Assembly (NCBI GenBank): GCA_965225945.1
Contig: CBDDBZ010000037.1
Location: forward strand, 394,860-458,859
From: Alphaproteobacteria bacterium
Lineage (GTDB): Bacteria > Pseudomonadota > Alphaproteobacteria > GCA-2731375
Reading direction: 5' to 3'
DNA length: 64,000 bases
Both the position numbers and the translations under genes were made by a program. Below are positions 10,069 through 20,340 of this stretch, in pieces. The notes beneath the pieces were generated by a model, which saw only the letters and a program-made list of their open reading frames with translations, was not told the origin of the DNA and ran no database searches. Positions within the stretch are counted from its first letter, which is position 1. Every line of letters begins with the position of its first letter.

Positions 10069-10515
10069 TCAGCAACCCAAGCGCATCCGAGTGGTTAGGT
10101 CCCGAATGCCATTAATAGATTGCAAAAAACGGTTTCTTGTTACTTGAGTAACACTGCCCTTAGAAAGGCTCTGTTGAACGAGGTAGACCTCTTCAACAAA
10201 TGCTCCGGGTGCGGCGTGAGCGATGCTTATACATTTTTCAATCTCTTTCTGCGTTTCAGGATGTTGAGAGGCGTACCCGCGGGTCTCCAGTATCGTTATC
10301 CAGCGATTCCATACTTGCTTCCGGGCAACGTCGAGTTCAGGTAGCTTTTCTTGCCGGATGAGTCCCGTTGGCGAGGTGGCGGCAAGAACATCTGACATAA
10401 GATCCGCCAACTTATCTAGTTCATCAGCTAACGTCTTAGTTGCTTCCCTCCTATCTACAATCTTCTCTCTTTTCATAATACGGAGCCATTGAAGAACTGC
10501 AATTATCATACTCAT
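10069..10515 (-). CDS. Hypothetical helical protein (about 148 aa)
   Basis: GGAGG RBS before ATG at 10515; open frame with lower GC; no recognised motif. Confidence 0.55.
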   Translation of the reverse strand: MSMIIAVLQWLRIMKREKIVDRREATKTLADELDKLADLMSDVLAATSPTGLIRQEKLPELDVARKQVWNRWITILETRGYASQHPETQKEIEKCISIAHAAPGAFVEEVYLVQQSLSKGSVTQVTRNRFLQSINGIRDLTTRMRLGC

Positions 10516-10655
10516 AATTCCTCCGCTTTTTACCGGTCGTGACAATGGCGCTGTGACCGGGTGTCCGTTAACAAGATGATTTGGACACTGGCGGCGGTTG
10601 TCAAACGGAGTGACGATCCCTCGAATCTGAAGTTTTCCGAAGCTATACCTCGGAG

Positions 10656-11547
10656 GGCTCTGTTGCAAACCTGACGTAGGGGTGAGTCAGATCAGGACGA
10701 CAACCGTGCTTTCGTCATGTTTCTGCGTTGGCCAGACGGTCCTGTAGCAACGCCACCGCCTCGGTCAGAGCGCACGGTCCGAGATCGAAGGCACGCTCGA
10801 CGATCCGGGCCTCGCCGACGATGCCGCCCTGGAGGGCGAACGTCCCGGCCTGGCCCTTGCGCAGCGCGCGCATCACCTCGAAGCCCTTGATCGTGGCGTA
10901 GGCCGTCTTCAGCGTCTTGAACCCGCGCACGGGCCGGATCAGCAGCTTGAGCTTGCCGTGGTCGGCCTCGATGACGTTGTTGAGGTATTTCACCTGCCTG
11001 TGCCTCGTGTCCTTCGGGCACTTGCCCTCGGCCTTCAGCTCCGCGATGGCAGCGGCATAGGCCGGCGCCTTGTCGGTGTTGAGCACCTCGGGCTGCTCCC
11101 ACTCTTTCAATCCTCTCAGCGCCTTGCCGAGAAATCGCTTCGCTGCCTTGGTGTTGCGGGTCGCCGAGAGGTAGAAATCGATCGTGTTCCCGGGCTTGTC
11201 CACCGCCCGGTACAGATACGCCCACTTGCCGCGGACCTTGATGTAGGTCTCGTCGACGCGCCAACTCCGCGACTGCGGCCGGCGCCACTGCCGGCGCAGA
11301 CGTTTCTCCATCTCCGGCGCGAAACGCTGCACCCAACGATAGATCGTGGAGTGGTCGACCGCGACGCCGCGCTCGGTCATCATCGCTTCGAGGTCGCGGT
11401 AGCTGATCGGATACTGGCAGTACCAGCGTACGGCCCAGAGCACGATCTCCCCCCGGAAGTGACGTCCCTTGAAGTCGCTCATGCCTCAACCCCTCTCGGC
11501 AGATCACACAGACACGTCACCAAATAGCCGGATTTTGCAACAGAGCC
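10656..11547 (-). mobile_element. IS6 family element
   Basis: Terminal IRs GGCTCTGTTGCAAA / TTTGCAACAGAGCC; flanks are not duplicated. Confidence 0.93.
10715..11482 (-). CDS. IS6 family transposase
   Basis: FKGRHF.GEIVLWAVRWY, WRVDETYIKV, NTDKAP, LNNVIEADH. Confidence 0.95.
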   Translation of the reverse strand: MSDFKGRHFRGEIVLWAVRWYCQYPISYRDLEAMMTERGVAVDHSTIYRWVQRFAPEMEKRLRRQWRRPQSRSWRVDETYIKVRGKWAYLYRAVDKPGNTIDFYLSATRNTKAAKRFLGKALRGLKEWEQPEVLNTDKAPAYAAAIAELKAEGKCPKDTRHRQVKYLNNVIEADHGKLKLLIRPVRGFKTLKTAYATIKGFEVMRALRKGQAGTFALQGGIVGEARIVERAFDLGPCALTEAVALLQDRLANAET

Positions 11548-12440
11548 CGATAAAGTATCAGATGATTAGTTTACTCAACGGTGTAACTATAGATCAACCA
11601 CTGATATTACAAGAAGGATTGGGGATGTATCAATTGCCCCAATCGTCAAACGAGATCGCCGCGTACTTGCCCGCGATGAGCTTGGATATGCATGGGCTCC
11701 ACGCTCTGTTGGGGCGTGTGGGGCTTTCAATCGAATGTGAAGCCGGTCCTGCGCTGTTCTCGCCATCAAAGGGAGAGCCATTTTCAAATAGTATGAAGCA
11801 CACATGGGCGGGAGGAGAAATCGAAAATCTATCTGTTGACGGTTTTTGCGAAGCAATGTTTTTAGCGTGCGGCGGATGCGTCCGGTGGGAATTCAGCTGG
11901 AGGGACTTTGGGGACGTTCGAGAATTCCTTAGTGTGTACGGCGGAACATCATTTACTAATGTGCCAATTTGGACCAATGCATCTGGCTTTACTCAAGAGA
12001 ATTTAGAGCATGCACGAGAAATACATAATCTGCGAAATGCGAGGAGGGAAAGCAAACCAGGTTTGGACACTGCGGTTAGGAGGTGGATCAAGTCTAAATC
12101 GTCAGAATCATCATTCTCGGATCAACTTATAGATCTACGTATCGCTTTAGAAGCTTTGTATTTGGATAACACAGAAGGAGAGCTTCGATTTGGTCTGGCA
12201 AGCCACGGAGCGTGGCACATAAGCCAAAGCACGGACGAAAGGAAACAGAATTTTCAAACATTATTGCAGACGTACAAGCTGGCATCCAGTGCAGTTCATG
12301 GAGGCGATGTCAAGACGAACGACAAAAACAAGACACTGTTGGAGAATGCACAGACTCTATGCCAAAAAGGAATTATGAAACGATTAAAAGAGAAAGTAGA
12401 TCCGAAGTGGAACGAATTGATAATGGGGGACATTATCTAG
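11548..12440 (+). pseudogene. Apea-like HEPN domain protein, probably 5'-truncated by IS6
   Basis: DLRIALEALY...ELRFGLA...ERKQNFQTLLQTYKLASSAVHGG; the ORF start falls inside IS6. Confidence 0.6.
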
Positions 12441-12464
12441 AGAAGACTGTCAGGTTGTGTAGAG

Positions 12465-12600
12465 ATGCCCGCGCGGTGCGGATGGTTCTGGATCACGAGG
12501 GCGAACACGCCTCGCATTGGGCGGCTGTTTCCTCGATAGCCGGGAAGATTGGCTGCACTTTCTCAAGAGTTGGAGCCTCCGCCAAACCCGGTGCGGTTCA
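12465..12600 (+). mobile_element. Internally deleted IS3-family remnant
   Basis: RAVRMVLDHEGEHASHWAAVSSIAGKIGCT (OrfA-like) followed directly by an IS3-type end gcctccgccaaacccggtgcggttca. Confidence 0.7.
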
Positions 12601-12634
12601 AGTTGCCAGATGCGAAATCCCTTACACTATTTAA

Positions 12635-14095
12635 CAGCCCGTTGATTAAGTGGCTTTTTCCGGCTCTCACTCCCAGATGAGGAATGCGGCGGCGAAAACC
12701 GTCTGGCCGCTTTGCGAGACCCCCAGTGCGACCAGCATGGCCCCGGTGGGCGTGAGCAGCACGAAAATACCGCCATATCCGCCCGCCACGGCCTCGCGCG
12801 GGGTGCCGGCGCCGATGAGTTGGCGCATCAGCAACGATAGGTTGTGGCCGGCGACGTGGAGCAGGTATCGCTTGTGCACGTTCTCGCGGCCCCGAAGCCA
12901 GGTCCGGCGCATGCCGCCGCGATCGAGGTTGTGGGCGAAGGAGCGCTCGACGATCTCGGCGCGCAGCTTGAAGGCTTCCTTGGCCACCCCCGATAACAGC
13001 CGGGTCCGGTTGTTGGTGACCGCGCGCCGCGCCGCCTCGTCGCCGCGCCAGCGCGCGAAGCCCTTCTGCTTGGGCTCGGCGATCCGGGTCTTCCACGGGC
13101 CGTTGTCCAAGGCCTTCAAGACCGCCCGTGAGTGATAGCCTTTGTCGGTCACACATTCGGCCGGGTCCTCTGCCGTCGGCGCCGCGTCAACGCTCGCAAG
13201 GTTCTCCTTGGCCGTCTCCAACGTTTTGGGAAGCGTCGTCGTGTCGCCCTCGTCGGCCGGGTGCAGCTCGGCGGCCACCACCGCGCCGGTGTCCAGATCC
13301 ACCGCGTGCTCGGGCTTGTAGGCCAGATGCGTCGTGCCGTCCTTCATCTTGGCGATCTTGGCCTCGGGATCGCTCTTCGAAACCCAGTCCTCGTTGGAAA
13401 GCTTCTTGCCCTTGCGCTTGCGGTCCAGACGCGCCAAGTCCTCGGCCGTGGGCGTCTCGATGCCGCTCTCCCGGGCCAGGTGCTCCAGCATCTCCCGGTA
13501 GCCTTCACCCGTGTCGCGCCGCACGATGTTGCGCAGCGCCGCGTTGGCCTCCATGGTCGAGGCATCCACCCCGATGCGCTCGCCCTTCACCAGACCCGCC
13601 TCGCCGATCAAGGCCAGAACCCAGTCGAAGACCGCCGCGTGGACTTCATGGGGCAGGCGCGCGCGGGTCCGTGACAGCCAGGAATGGTCCGGCACCCGTT
13701 CCCGCATCTCCAACAGCAGGAACTCCCGTAGCGACAGGGAATCCGAGCAGCGCCACTCCAGCCCACGCTCAGAGTCGATACCCTCGAAGTAGCCCACCAG
13801 GTGCATACGGAAGTAGCGCCCGGGTGGCACCGAAGGCGCCCCCATCCTGGCCGCGTAATAGGGCTGGCAGACCGCCTCGGCGAAGCCGTCGAAGCCGCCC
13901 TCGATCAGCACCGACTGCAGGCGGTCGTAAAACACATGACCCGGCGAGCGCGGCATCTCCGCCCAGCCCACCATCAAGTCCCCCTGAGGATCCTTCTGCT
14001 GTCCCATCGCCATCGGCGAATCCTCCGGTCAAATCAGAACATCAAAGAATCAGACCAAGCCGCTTGCGTCCAGTGCCGACTTCGTCAACGGGCTG
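12635..14095 (-). mobile_element. IS1182/IS5-like element with TTAA target duplication
   Basis: IRs CAGCCCGTTGA / TCAACGGGCTG, flanked by TTAA at 12631-12634 and 14096-14099. Confidence 0.85.
12667..14013 (-). CDS. DDE transposase (IS1182/IS5-like)
   Basis: GIDSERGLEWRC, VPDHSWLSR, GVDASTMEANA, TDKGY, RAEIVERSFA. Confidence 0.9.
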   Translation of the reverse strand: MAMGQQKDPQGDLMVGWAEMPRSPGHVFYDRLQSVLIEGGFDGFAEAVCQPYYAARMGAPSVPPGRYFRMHLVGYFEGIDSERGLEWRCSDSLSLREFLLLEMRERVPDHSWLSRTRARLPHEVHAAVFDWVLALIGEAGLVKGERIGVDASTMEANAALRNIVRRDTGEGYREMLEHLARESGIETPTAEDLARLDRKRKGKKLSNEDWVSKSDPEAKIAKMKDGTTHLAYKPEHAVDLDTGAVVAAELHPADEGDTTTLPKTLETAKENLASVDAAPTAEDPAECVTDKGYHSRAVLKALDNGPWKTRIAEPKQKGFARWRGDEAARRAVTNNRTRLLSGVAKEAFKLRAEIVERSFAHNLDRGGMRRTWLRGRENVHKRYLLHVAGHNLSLLMRQLIGAGTPREAVAGGYGGIFVLLTPTGAMLVALGVSQSGQTVFAAAFLIWE

Positions 14096-14409
14096 TTAAA
14101 CAGCTCGTCCGAGGTCATCGGCCTCGCGGTGATGAGAGCTTGATGCCAATCATGCTCACCGAGTGATTGCGGAAACGCATCAGGACGCTTGCCTTGGCCA
14201 ACCCGGTGAACGCCTGGTCATCTTCTTCCCCAATGGGTGCGCGCTCCATTCTCTTCCTTGATCTTGTGGTCCTCCGGCACACAAGAAACTCGTAGCCTCC
14301 ACACGGGCGCACTGCCCCCCGCAGTACTTCCCGGCGGTTCCCGCCCGAGCTACGCTACTCCGAGATTCAGGATGGACTGCCTGTCCATCCCAACGATGTA
14401 CGACCTGCG

Positions 14410-14910
14410 GTGCCGTTCATGCGAAAGAAAGCGCCCCGGCGCGCCTCTCTCGACGAAGTGAAGATCACCCGCGAGGGCGAAATGGCGGTTATCGAGCATG
14501 CCGACCCCAACGTGTCGGTGGCCCGCGTGAACGTCGGCTCTCAGCTCCAAACCATGTCCGACGGCGCTGTGCTCGACCTGTTCAACGCGATGATGGACGC
14601 ACAAGAGAACTTCGCTGCCGAGTTCGACAGCACCGCGGTCGAGATACCTCCCGGCAGACCTCAGGTCAGGTTCGTCGAAGACAGCGCCCAATGGGTGCCT
14701 CGCGGCCGAGTGCTCCGCTGCCATATCGAGGACGACGAGAATGGTGAGACTGTGATCTATATCGACGACCGAGCATTCGACCTCGCCGAGTTCGACGGCC
14801 TGCTGCGATTTTTTGCCGGGTGGGGCATGCGCATCACCTTCGTGCCCGAAGACCAGGTCACGGAGCAGCCCAAGATCGAGGTGCGCGAGCCGGAGGACGA
14901 AGAGGGCTAG
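14410..14910 (+). CDS. Conserved hypothetical protein
   Basis: Protein-like 166-aa frame with GC-biased codons; C-terminal IDDR..DL.EF..LL..FAGWGMRITFVP. Confidence 0.6.
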   Translation: MPFMRKKAPRRASLDEVKITREGEMAVIEHADPNVSVARVNVGSQLQTMSDGAVLDLFNAMMDAQENFAAEFDSTAVEIPPGRPQVRFVEDSAQWVPRGRVLRCHIEDDENGETVIYIDDRAFDLAEFDGLLRFFAGWGMRITFVPEDQVTEQPKIEVREPEDEEG

Positions 14911-14928
14911 GAACGCGGCGAGGGCGTC

Positions 14929-16309
14929 GAGCTATTGTCAAAAGTTGGTGACGCAGGTTTCAGGCGGCGCGTTCGGTTAGCTTTTCTCGGTCCTTGAATT
15001 TGACGCCTTGAATGATGTCGGCGATCTGGTGCGAGCCGTCCAGGCGGCGCCACTTCTTGCTGGCCGACTGGCACAGCTTGAAGACCATGGTGAGCGCCGT
15101 CATGCGGCTGAGGCAGCCCTTGGTCTTGGTGGTCCTGAGGCGCGCGGTCGCAAAGGTGCTTTCGATGGGATTGGTGGTGCGAATGTGCTTCCAGTGCTCG
15201 GCCGGGAAGTCGTAGAAGGCGAGCAACACGTCGCGGTCCTTGGCCAGGCAGGCCACCGCTTTGTCGTACTTGGGGCCATGGGCCTCGAGGAAGAAGTCGA
15301 AGGCCTTCTCGGCCACCGCGCGGGTCTCGGCCATCCAGATGTCCTGTAGGTGCTGCTTGGCGCGTGGCTGGACGGACTTCGGGAGCTTGTTGAGCACGTT
15401 GGCGGTCTTGTGCACCCAACAACGCTGCTCGCGCGTCGTCCCGTAGACCTCGCGCAAGGCTTTCCAGAAACCGAGCGCCCCGTCGCCGGTGGCCAGCTCG
15501 GGCGCAATCGCCAGGCCGCGGCGCTTGAGATCGAGCAGCACTTCGCGCCAGGACTGGGCGCTCTCCCGGTAGCCGTCGGCGATCGCCAGCCGCTCCTTGC
15601 GGCCCAGCTCGTCGGCACCGATGATCACGCACATGCATTGCTTGTCATGGTCGAGCCGTGGTGAGAAGTAGACGCCGTCGGCCCAGAAGTAGACATGACG
15701 CTTGGCCGAGAGATCGCGCCGTTGCCAATGCTCCAGCTCGCCTTGCCAGACCTCCTTGAGGCGGGCAATGGTCGAGGCCGAGAGCCCCGGCGCCTCGGGC
15801 CCCAAGAGCGCCGCAAGCGCCTCGCAGAAATCGCCCGTGGAGATGCCCTTCAGATAAAGCCAGGGCAGGAGTTCCTCGATCGACTTGGCGCGCCTGAGAT
15901 AGGGAGGCAAGATCCGTGAGGTGAAGCGAACCCGCGGCCCCGTCTCGCCGGCGCCTCGGTCGCGCACCCTGGGACAGCGCACCGCAACCGGACCAATGCC
16001 GGTCTGGATCTCACGCTCCGGCAAATGCCCGTGGCGTACGATCCGACGGCGGCCGGCCGAGTCCGTCATATGCGCATACGCCTCGACAAAACCGGCAACT
16101 TCCGCCCCCACCGCTTGCCCAAGTAAACGCCGCGCACCAAGACGCAAAACCTCCGTCAGCGGATCGTCCTCAAATGATCCTGGTTGGCGAAGCTGGACGA
16201 CTGTATCCTCTCTCATGGCGTATCCCTCCTTCGTGGAAAATGGCGACTCTAACATCGCCAGGATACGCCGCCCTCATCTCATCCCATCACCAACTTTCGG
16301 GTATAGCTC
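14929..16309 (-). mobile_element. IS256 family element with 9-bp TSD
   Basis: Imperfect IRs GAGCTATTGTCAAAAGTTGGTGA / TCACCAACTTTCGGGTATAGCTC; GAGGGCGTC duplicated at 14920-14928 and 16310-16318. Confidence 0.92.
14960..16216 (-). CDS. IS256 family (mutator-type) transposase
   Basis: YLKGISTGDF, WADGVY, GDGALGFW, QRCWVHK, RTTNPIES. Confidence 0.93.
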   Translation of the reverse strand: MREDTVVQLRQPGSFEDDPLTEVLRLGARRLLGQAVGAEVAGFVEAYAHMTDSAGRRRIVRHGHLPEREIQTGIGPVAVRCPRVRDRGAGETGPRVRFTSRILPPYLRRAKSIEELLPWLYLKGISTGDFCEALAALLGPEAPGLSASTIARLKEVWQGELEHWQRRDLSAKRHVYFWADGVYFSPRLDHDKQCMCVIIGADELGRKERLAIADGYRESAQSWREVLLDLKRRGLAIAPELATGDGALGFWKALREVYGTTREQRCWVHKTANVLNKLPKSVQPRAKQHLQDIWMAETRAVAEKAFDFFLEAHGPKYDKAVACLAKDRDVLLAFYDFPAEHWKHIRTTNPIESTFATARLRTTKTKGCLSRMTALTMVFKLCQSASKKWRRLDGSHQIADIIQGVKFKDREKLTERAA

Positions 16310-16907
16310 GAGGGCGTCTTCGACAAGTCTCTAACTGGAACCTGTCCTCACCAAGAATTTGATCTGCGGGTTTGGGCCTTGATCCCGCGACGCATCGTGA
16401 GCCGATCCGGCGGCGATGCTTGCACTTCTGAACGCCATTTTCTGGAGTTTGTTTACGCGCTCGTTGCGCCCCTCGCGGCCTTCTGAGTGCCCGCCATGCG
16501 TGCGCTAATGCTCGCCCAAGCTTAAGGTATCTCGTGCACGCTTTATCCGCCGCCCGCCGGAAACGCGCCCCACTCGGACCAACCTCGTGATCGTGTCTCG
16601 ATTCGAGACCGTTGATGAGATTCTCTGCCACACAAGGTCCGGGATGCCCGGCAGTCGTAACGAAGCCGCTTCCACGTTGATTGCGGCATCGTTGAAGCGG
16701 CTCCTACCCGCCGCCACGAAAGCCACTGAGTTCGGCATCAAGACAACGGATTGCGTGAATGACGGAGACAATCACGGTCCAGAGACCCACGTACGTGTCC
16801 GAAATGTATCCCGTGCCCGTGTGGTGTATCATCGTGTCCAGACTCGGCAGCGCGCATCGCTCCGTTGGCGAGTGGCCTCCGCGGCACAAGGGCGACGGCA
16901 AGACGAT

Positions 16908-17370
16908 ATGAACCAAGCGGTGCAGCCTCGGATGTTCGTGGACGGCAACTAATGTGATGGGGTCACGGCCAGACGGCTGGTGGCGCGACCGTGCCGGAGC
17001 CGCGCGAAGAATCGCCGCCGAGATCGCCCTGCTTGCGCGCAACCGTAAGGGGGTATGGACGATTGTGTTCGATGGGCCGGGGCCGCGTGGCACGGAACCG
17101 TCGCCGGAGCACCTTACGGTGATTCACGCTGGGCATGGCGGCCGCGATAGCGCGGACGATCGCATCGTGGAGTTGGTGGGTGCACTCCCAGATCGGGCGA
17201 TGGCACTGGTCTACACCTCCGACGCGGCTTTGCGCGCACGTTTGCATGTGATGGGCGCGCAGGTCGTTGGCGCCCGGGCACTGCTGAAGGATATCGCGGC
17301 TGTGCGCGGCACAGTGGAGCCTGCCACCAGTGGCGGTGCATTTGCCCCCCGGCGCCGACGCCAGGCATGA
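16908..17370 (+). pseudogene. YacP-like NYN/PIN RNase, 1-bp frameshift
   Basis: RMFVDGN then an extra T creates TAA; the other frame continues NVMGSRPDGWWRDRAGAARR...VFDG...SADDRIVE...YTSD. Confidence 0.65.
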
Positions 17371-17394
17371 CCTTGGGTGTTATTCGGTGCTGAA

Positions 17395-17640
17395 CTTTGA
17401 CCCCGATCCCCCGACGCATGTGCTGCGGTCGAGGGCGCGCCGGCTGCTGGCCGAAGCGCTCGAGTCGGAGGTCGAAGCTTTTGTTGCCGCGCATGCCGAT
17501 CTTACGGACGAGAATGGATGCCGCTGGGTGGTGCGCCATGGTTATCAGCCCGCGCGCGAGGTGCAGACGGGGGATCGGCGCGGTTGCAGTGCGCCGGCCG
17601 CGGGTTCGTGACCGTCACCCCGATGCCACCGAACGGCGAG
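17395..17640 (+). pseudogene. IS256 transposase N-terminal remnant
   Basis: DPPTHVLRSRARRLLAEALESEV...VRHGYQPAREVQTG, paralogous to 14960-16216; frameshifted. Confidence 0.7.
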
Positions 17641-17758
17641 CGAACCTATATCGTCACCTAAGCCATCTCCGATACTCGGCGATGGCGTCGTGTCTTCAAG
17701 ACCATGAACGGTTTCGAAGAATGGCTCCAGCTCTCGGACTTTCAATGCCGGCTGTCTC

Positions 17759-17920
17759 GCTGGGGCGTATGACGAACGCAGTGATACCTTCCTGATCATG
17801 GACGTGAACCCCAACCGGGCACCCTGGGTGTGGGTCAGGTCCGATGACCTGACTGCGGCTATGCGGACCTTCGATACGGTCGAAAACCGCGGCTACCTAC
17901 TGGTTTCGGAAGTGGAATAG
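17759..17920 (+). pseudogene. Phytochelatin synthase-family C-terminal fragment
   Basis: Manual translation GAYDERSDTFLIMDVNPNRAPWVWVRSDDLTAAMRTFDTVENRGYLLVSEVE*. Confidence 0.6.
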
Positions 17921-18087
17921 AAGAACGACAGACATGTTCGGCGGGAGGCATCGATCGGCGATCGAACGATGCGAAGATGTTACAGCGGACTCGGAGCGCG
18001 GCTAAAGGGTACGTTGAGACGCCGCTCCCAGGTGCACCCTTCGGCGAATCTCTCCCCGATCGGCCCTGCCGTAGTTGCGCCGGTTAG

Positions 18088-18723
18088 TCAGAAGCCGGCC
18101 GCTGCCGCTTGCCGCTCGGCCTTCTCCCGCTCCCACTCGGCGAATTCCTCGGCCGTCAGACCCCAGCTCGGCGGCTCCTTGAGGTATTCCGCCTCCTCCG
18201 GCGTGCTGTCGCGCCCGAGCACCGCGTTGCGGTGCGGGAAGCGGCCGAAACGGAGAATCGCGTCGCGGTGCCCGATCGCGGCCGCCAGCGAGCGCTCCTC
18301 TCCCAGCCCCTTATAGAGCTCCAGTGCGCGGTCTTGGTCCGCGACGTTCTCGCTGTGCTCGAAGGGGAGGTAGAGGAACACCCTGAACGCCGGGCAGATG
18401 CCCTCGTCGTAGCCCCGGTTCAGCGCGATGCGGGCGATCTCGCGCGCCTTGGCGTCGGATGCGAAGGCGCGCGGCGTGCCGCGGAAGATGTTACGGGGAA
18501 ACTGGTCGAGCGCCAGCACCAGCGCAAGGCACTCCTCGCGCGTCTCGACGAAGCCATCGAAAGCCCCGCCCGCCGTCCGCTCGTGGCTTACGGTGTAACG
18601 CTCACGCAGCGTGGCGTCGAACTCGGGCGTGGAACGGAACCACACCTGCCGCCGCTCCATCACGGTGGAGAGGTCGGTGGTGCCGAACCAGAATGTAAGA
18701 ATGTCTTCCGCGATCAGGTGCAT
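18088..18723 (-). CDS. DUF924 family protein
   Basis: ILTFWFG, LDQFPRNIFRGTPRAFASD, FLYLPFEHSE, RFGRFPHRNAVLGR.ST.EE. Confidence 0.9.
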   Translation of the reverse strand: MHLIAEDILTFWFGTTDLSTVMERRQVWFRSTPEFDATLRERYTVSHERTAGGAFDGFVETREECLALVLALDQFPRNIFRGTPRAFASDAKAREIARIALNRGYDEGICPAFRVFLYLPFEHSENVADQDRALELYKGLGEERSLAAAIGHRDAILRFGRFPHRNAVLGRDSTPEEAEYLKEPPSWGLTAEEFAEWEREKAERQAAAAGF

Positions 18724-18755
18724 GGGATTGGGGAGGAACCGCTGGCATTGTCAGA

Positions 18756-18830
18756 CTAAAATGAGCGCCACGGCCCGCGCCGGTGAATGACCTCGGCTTT
18801 GTAAAGACCATTGATGGTCTCGTCCAGAGC
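18756..18830 (-). pseudogene. Short IS3 OrfB fragment
   Basis: ETINGLYKAEVIHRRGPWRSF. Confidence 0.55.
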
Positions 18831-18859
18831 AGTCATAGAAGCCGCCGACTGATGCTGCG

Positions 18860-20032
18860 CTATTCCGCGGCATCGAGGTCTCGGTCGATGCTGTCTCCGA
18901 TGCGGGCGGCGGATGCCTTGACGGTGTCGCGGGCGAGATGGGCGTATCGGGCGGTCGTCTGGACCTGCGTGTGTCCCAGCAATTTTCCTATCATGGGCAA
19001 GCCCTCGCCGAGCGCCAACGCGCGGGAAGCGAACGAATGGCGGAGGTCGTGAATTCTCACCCCGTCGAGTCCGGAGCGGGCTCGGATACGCCGCCAGGGG
19101 TGCTGCAGGTCGGTGAGGTGCCAGCCCGGCTTGCGGCCCGCGATCACCCACGGATTGTCCTCATCGCGGGGCAGGGAGGTCAGCAACCGTACGGCGGAGG
19201 GCGCAAGCGGGACCGCCCGCCCGCCGGTTTTGGTGTCGGGCAACCTCAGCTCGCCCGCATCGAGATCGACATGCTCCCAGCGCAGTTTCTGGATTTCCGA
19301 CAGCCGGCAGCCGGTCAGCATCAGGAGACGGATTGCGGCTACCGCCGAGCGGGTCTCCGATCCGTCCCCCAGAATCTCGTCGAGAACCTGGCCAAGCCGG
19401 GTGAACTCCTCCGCGCTCAGGAATCGTTCGCGCTTCTCCTCCTTGTAGCGCTTGACGTGCAGGCAGGGGTTTGAGCCGTCCGGACGCAGACCCCACAACT
19501 CGGCCAAGTTGAACATTTTTGAAAGCACCCCGAGGGTCCGGTTGGCCTGATAGGGAGTCTCCCGCATGCCATGGTGCAGTTCGGCGATGTCGCTCCGCTG
19601 GATCTCCGTCACCTTGCGGGTTCCGATCCTGGGGTCGATGAAGAACTTCACCGAACGGCGGTACTCGTAGGCCGTGCTCGGCTTGCAATGGACCGGGACG
19701 TACTCTTCCAAAAACCGCTTACCCAGAACCTTCATCGTTGCCGCCTTGCGGCCCTTGTCTCGAAGGGCGGCCGGATCCTTACCGCCCTTGGCCTCCGAGA
19801 TCAGCGCCATGGCACGCCGCCGTGCGGTCTCCGGCGTCACCGCCCCATGGCGGCCCAGGGTCATGCGGCGCAGCCGGCCGTTGGCTCGGAACTGGACGAC
19901 GTAATACTTGCGTCCCGAGGCGCGGACGCGAAGGCCGAAACCGGGAAGATCGTCGTCCCAGTAGAACCTGTCCGACCCGTCGCCGGTGATCCTGTCGACG
20001 GTTCGCTTGGTGATCTTGATCTGAGCGGCCAT
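18860..20032 (-). CDS. Tyrosine integrase with N-terminal arm-binding (DUF4102-like) domain
   Basis: WDDDLPGFGLRV, GCRLSEI, TKTG, HDLRHSFAS, LLGH...TTARY; full catalytic set; adjacent to the tRNA-Met fragment. Confidence 0.95.
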   Translation of the reverse strand: MAAQIKITKRTVDRITGDGSDRFYWDDDLPGFGLRVRASGRKYYVVQFRANGRLRRMTLGRHGAVTPETARRRAMALISEAKGGKDPAALRDKGRKAATMKVLGKRFLEEYVPVHCKPSTAYEYRRSVKFFIDPRIGTRKVTEIQRSDIAELHHGMRETPYQANRTLGVLSKMFNLAELWGLRPDGSNPCLHVKRYKEEKRERFLSAEEFTRLGQVLDEILGDGSETRSAVAAIRLLMLTGCRLSEIQKLRWEHVDLDAGELRLPDTKTGGRAVPLAPSAVRLLTSLPRDEDNPWVIAGRKPGWHLTDLQHPWRRIRARSGLDGVRIHDLRHSFASRALALGEGLPMIGKLLGHTQVQTTARYAHLARDTVKASAARIGDSIDRDLDAAE

Positions 20033-20057
20033 GGCGGGTTCCCGGTGTGTCCAGCAA

Positions 20058-20097
20058 TGGGAAGCACCATATCATATTGGGAATCACATGGGAATCA
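20058..20097 (+). repeat. Three TGGGAA(G/T)CA direct repeats, putative integrase arm-type sites
   Basis: tgggaagca at 20058, tgggaatca at 20078 and 20089, between the int start and the att core. Confidence 0.5.
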
Positions 20098-20251
20098 TCA
20101 GAATTACAAACTCTGCGCATCCGTACGCACGATTGTCATGGTGACTGTCTCTTGCATGGTCACCGAACACCCGGTAAAATCGCCAATTATCATACTTTAG
20201 CGTACCTCTGCGCACCCATGGCTGTGACTGTCGTTCCGGTTACTTGACAAA

Positions 20252-20296
20252 CTCATAACCTGAAGGTCGTTGGTTCAAATCCAACCCCCGCAACCA
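20252..20296 (+). other. 3' half of tRNA-Met(CAT): island attachment site (attR-like), not an intact tRNA
   Basis: CTCATAACCTGAAGGTCGTTGGTTCAAATCCAACCCCCGCAACCA gives the anticodon loop, T-arm (GTTGG-TTCAAAT-CCAAC) and CCA; no D-arm or 5' acceptor strand upstream. Confidence 0.88.
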
Positions 20297-20299
20297 AAT

Positions 20300-20340
20300 A
20301 ATCCCCGCTATTCCAATAGGATGGCGGGGATTTTCTTTTG
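20300..20340 (+). terminator. Hairpin plus T-run after the tRNA fragment
   Basis: aatccccgctat...atggcggggatt followed by ttctttt. Confidence 0.55.

Noticed and set aside
20220-20296. Intact tRNA-Met gene
   Set aside because: Only the anticodon loop to CCA is present; the upstream sequence cannot form the D-arm or acceptor stem.
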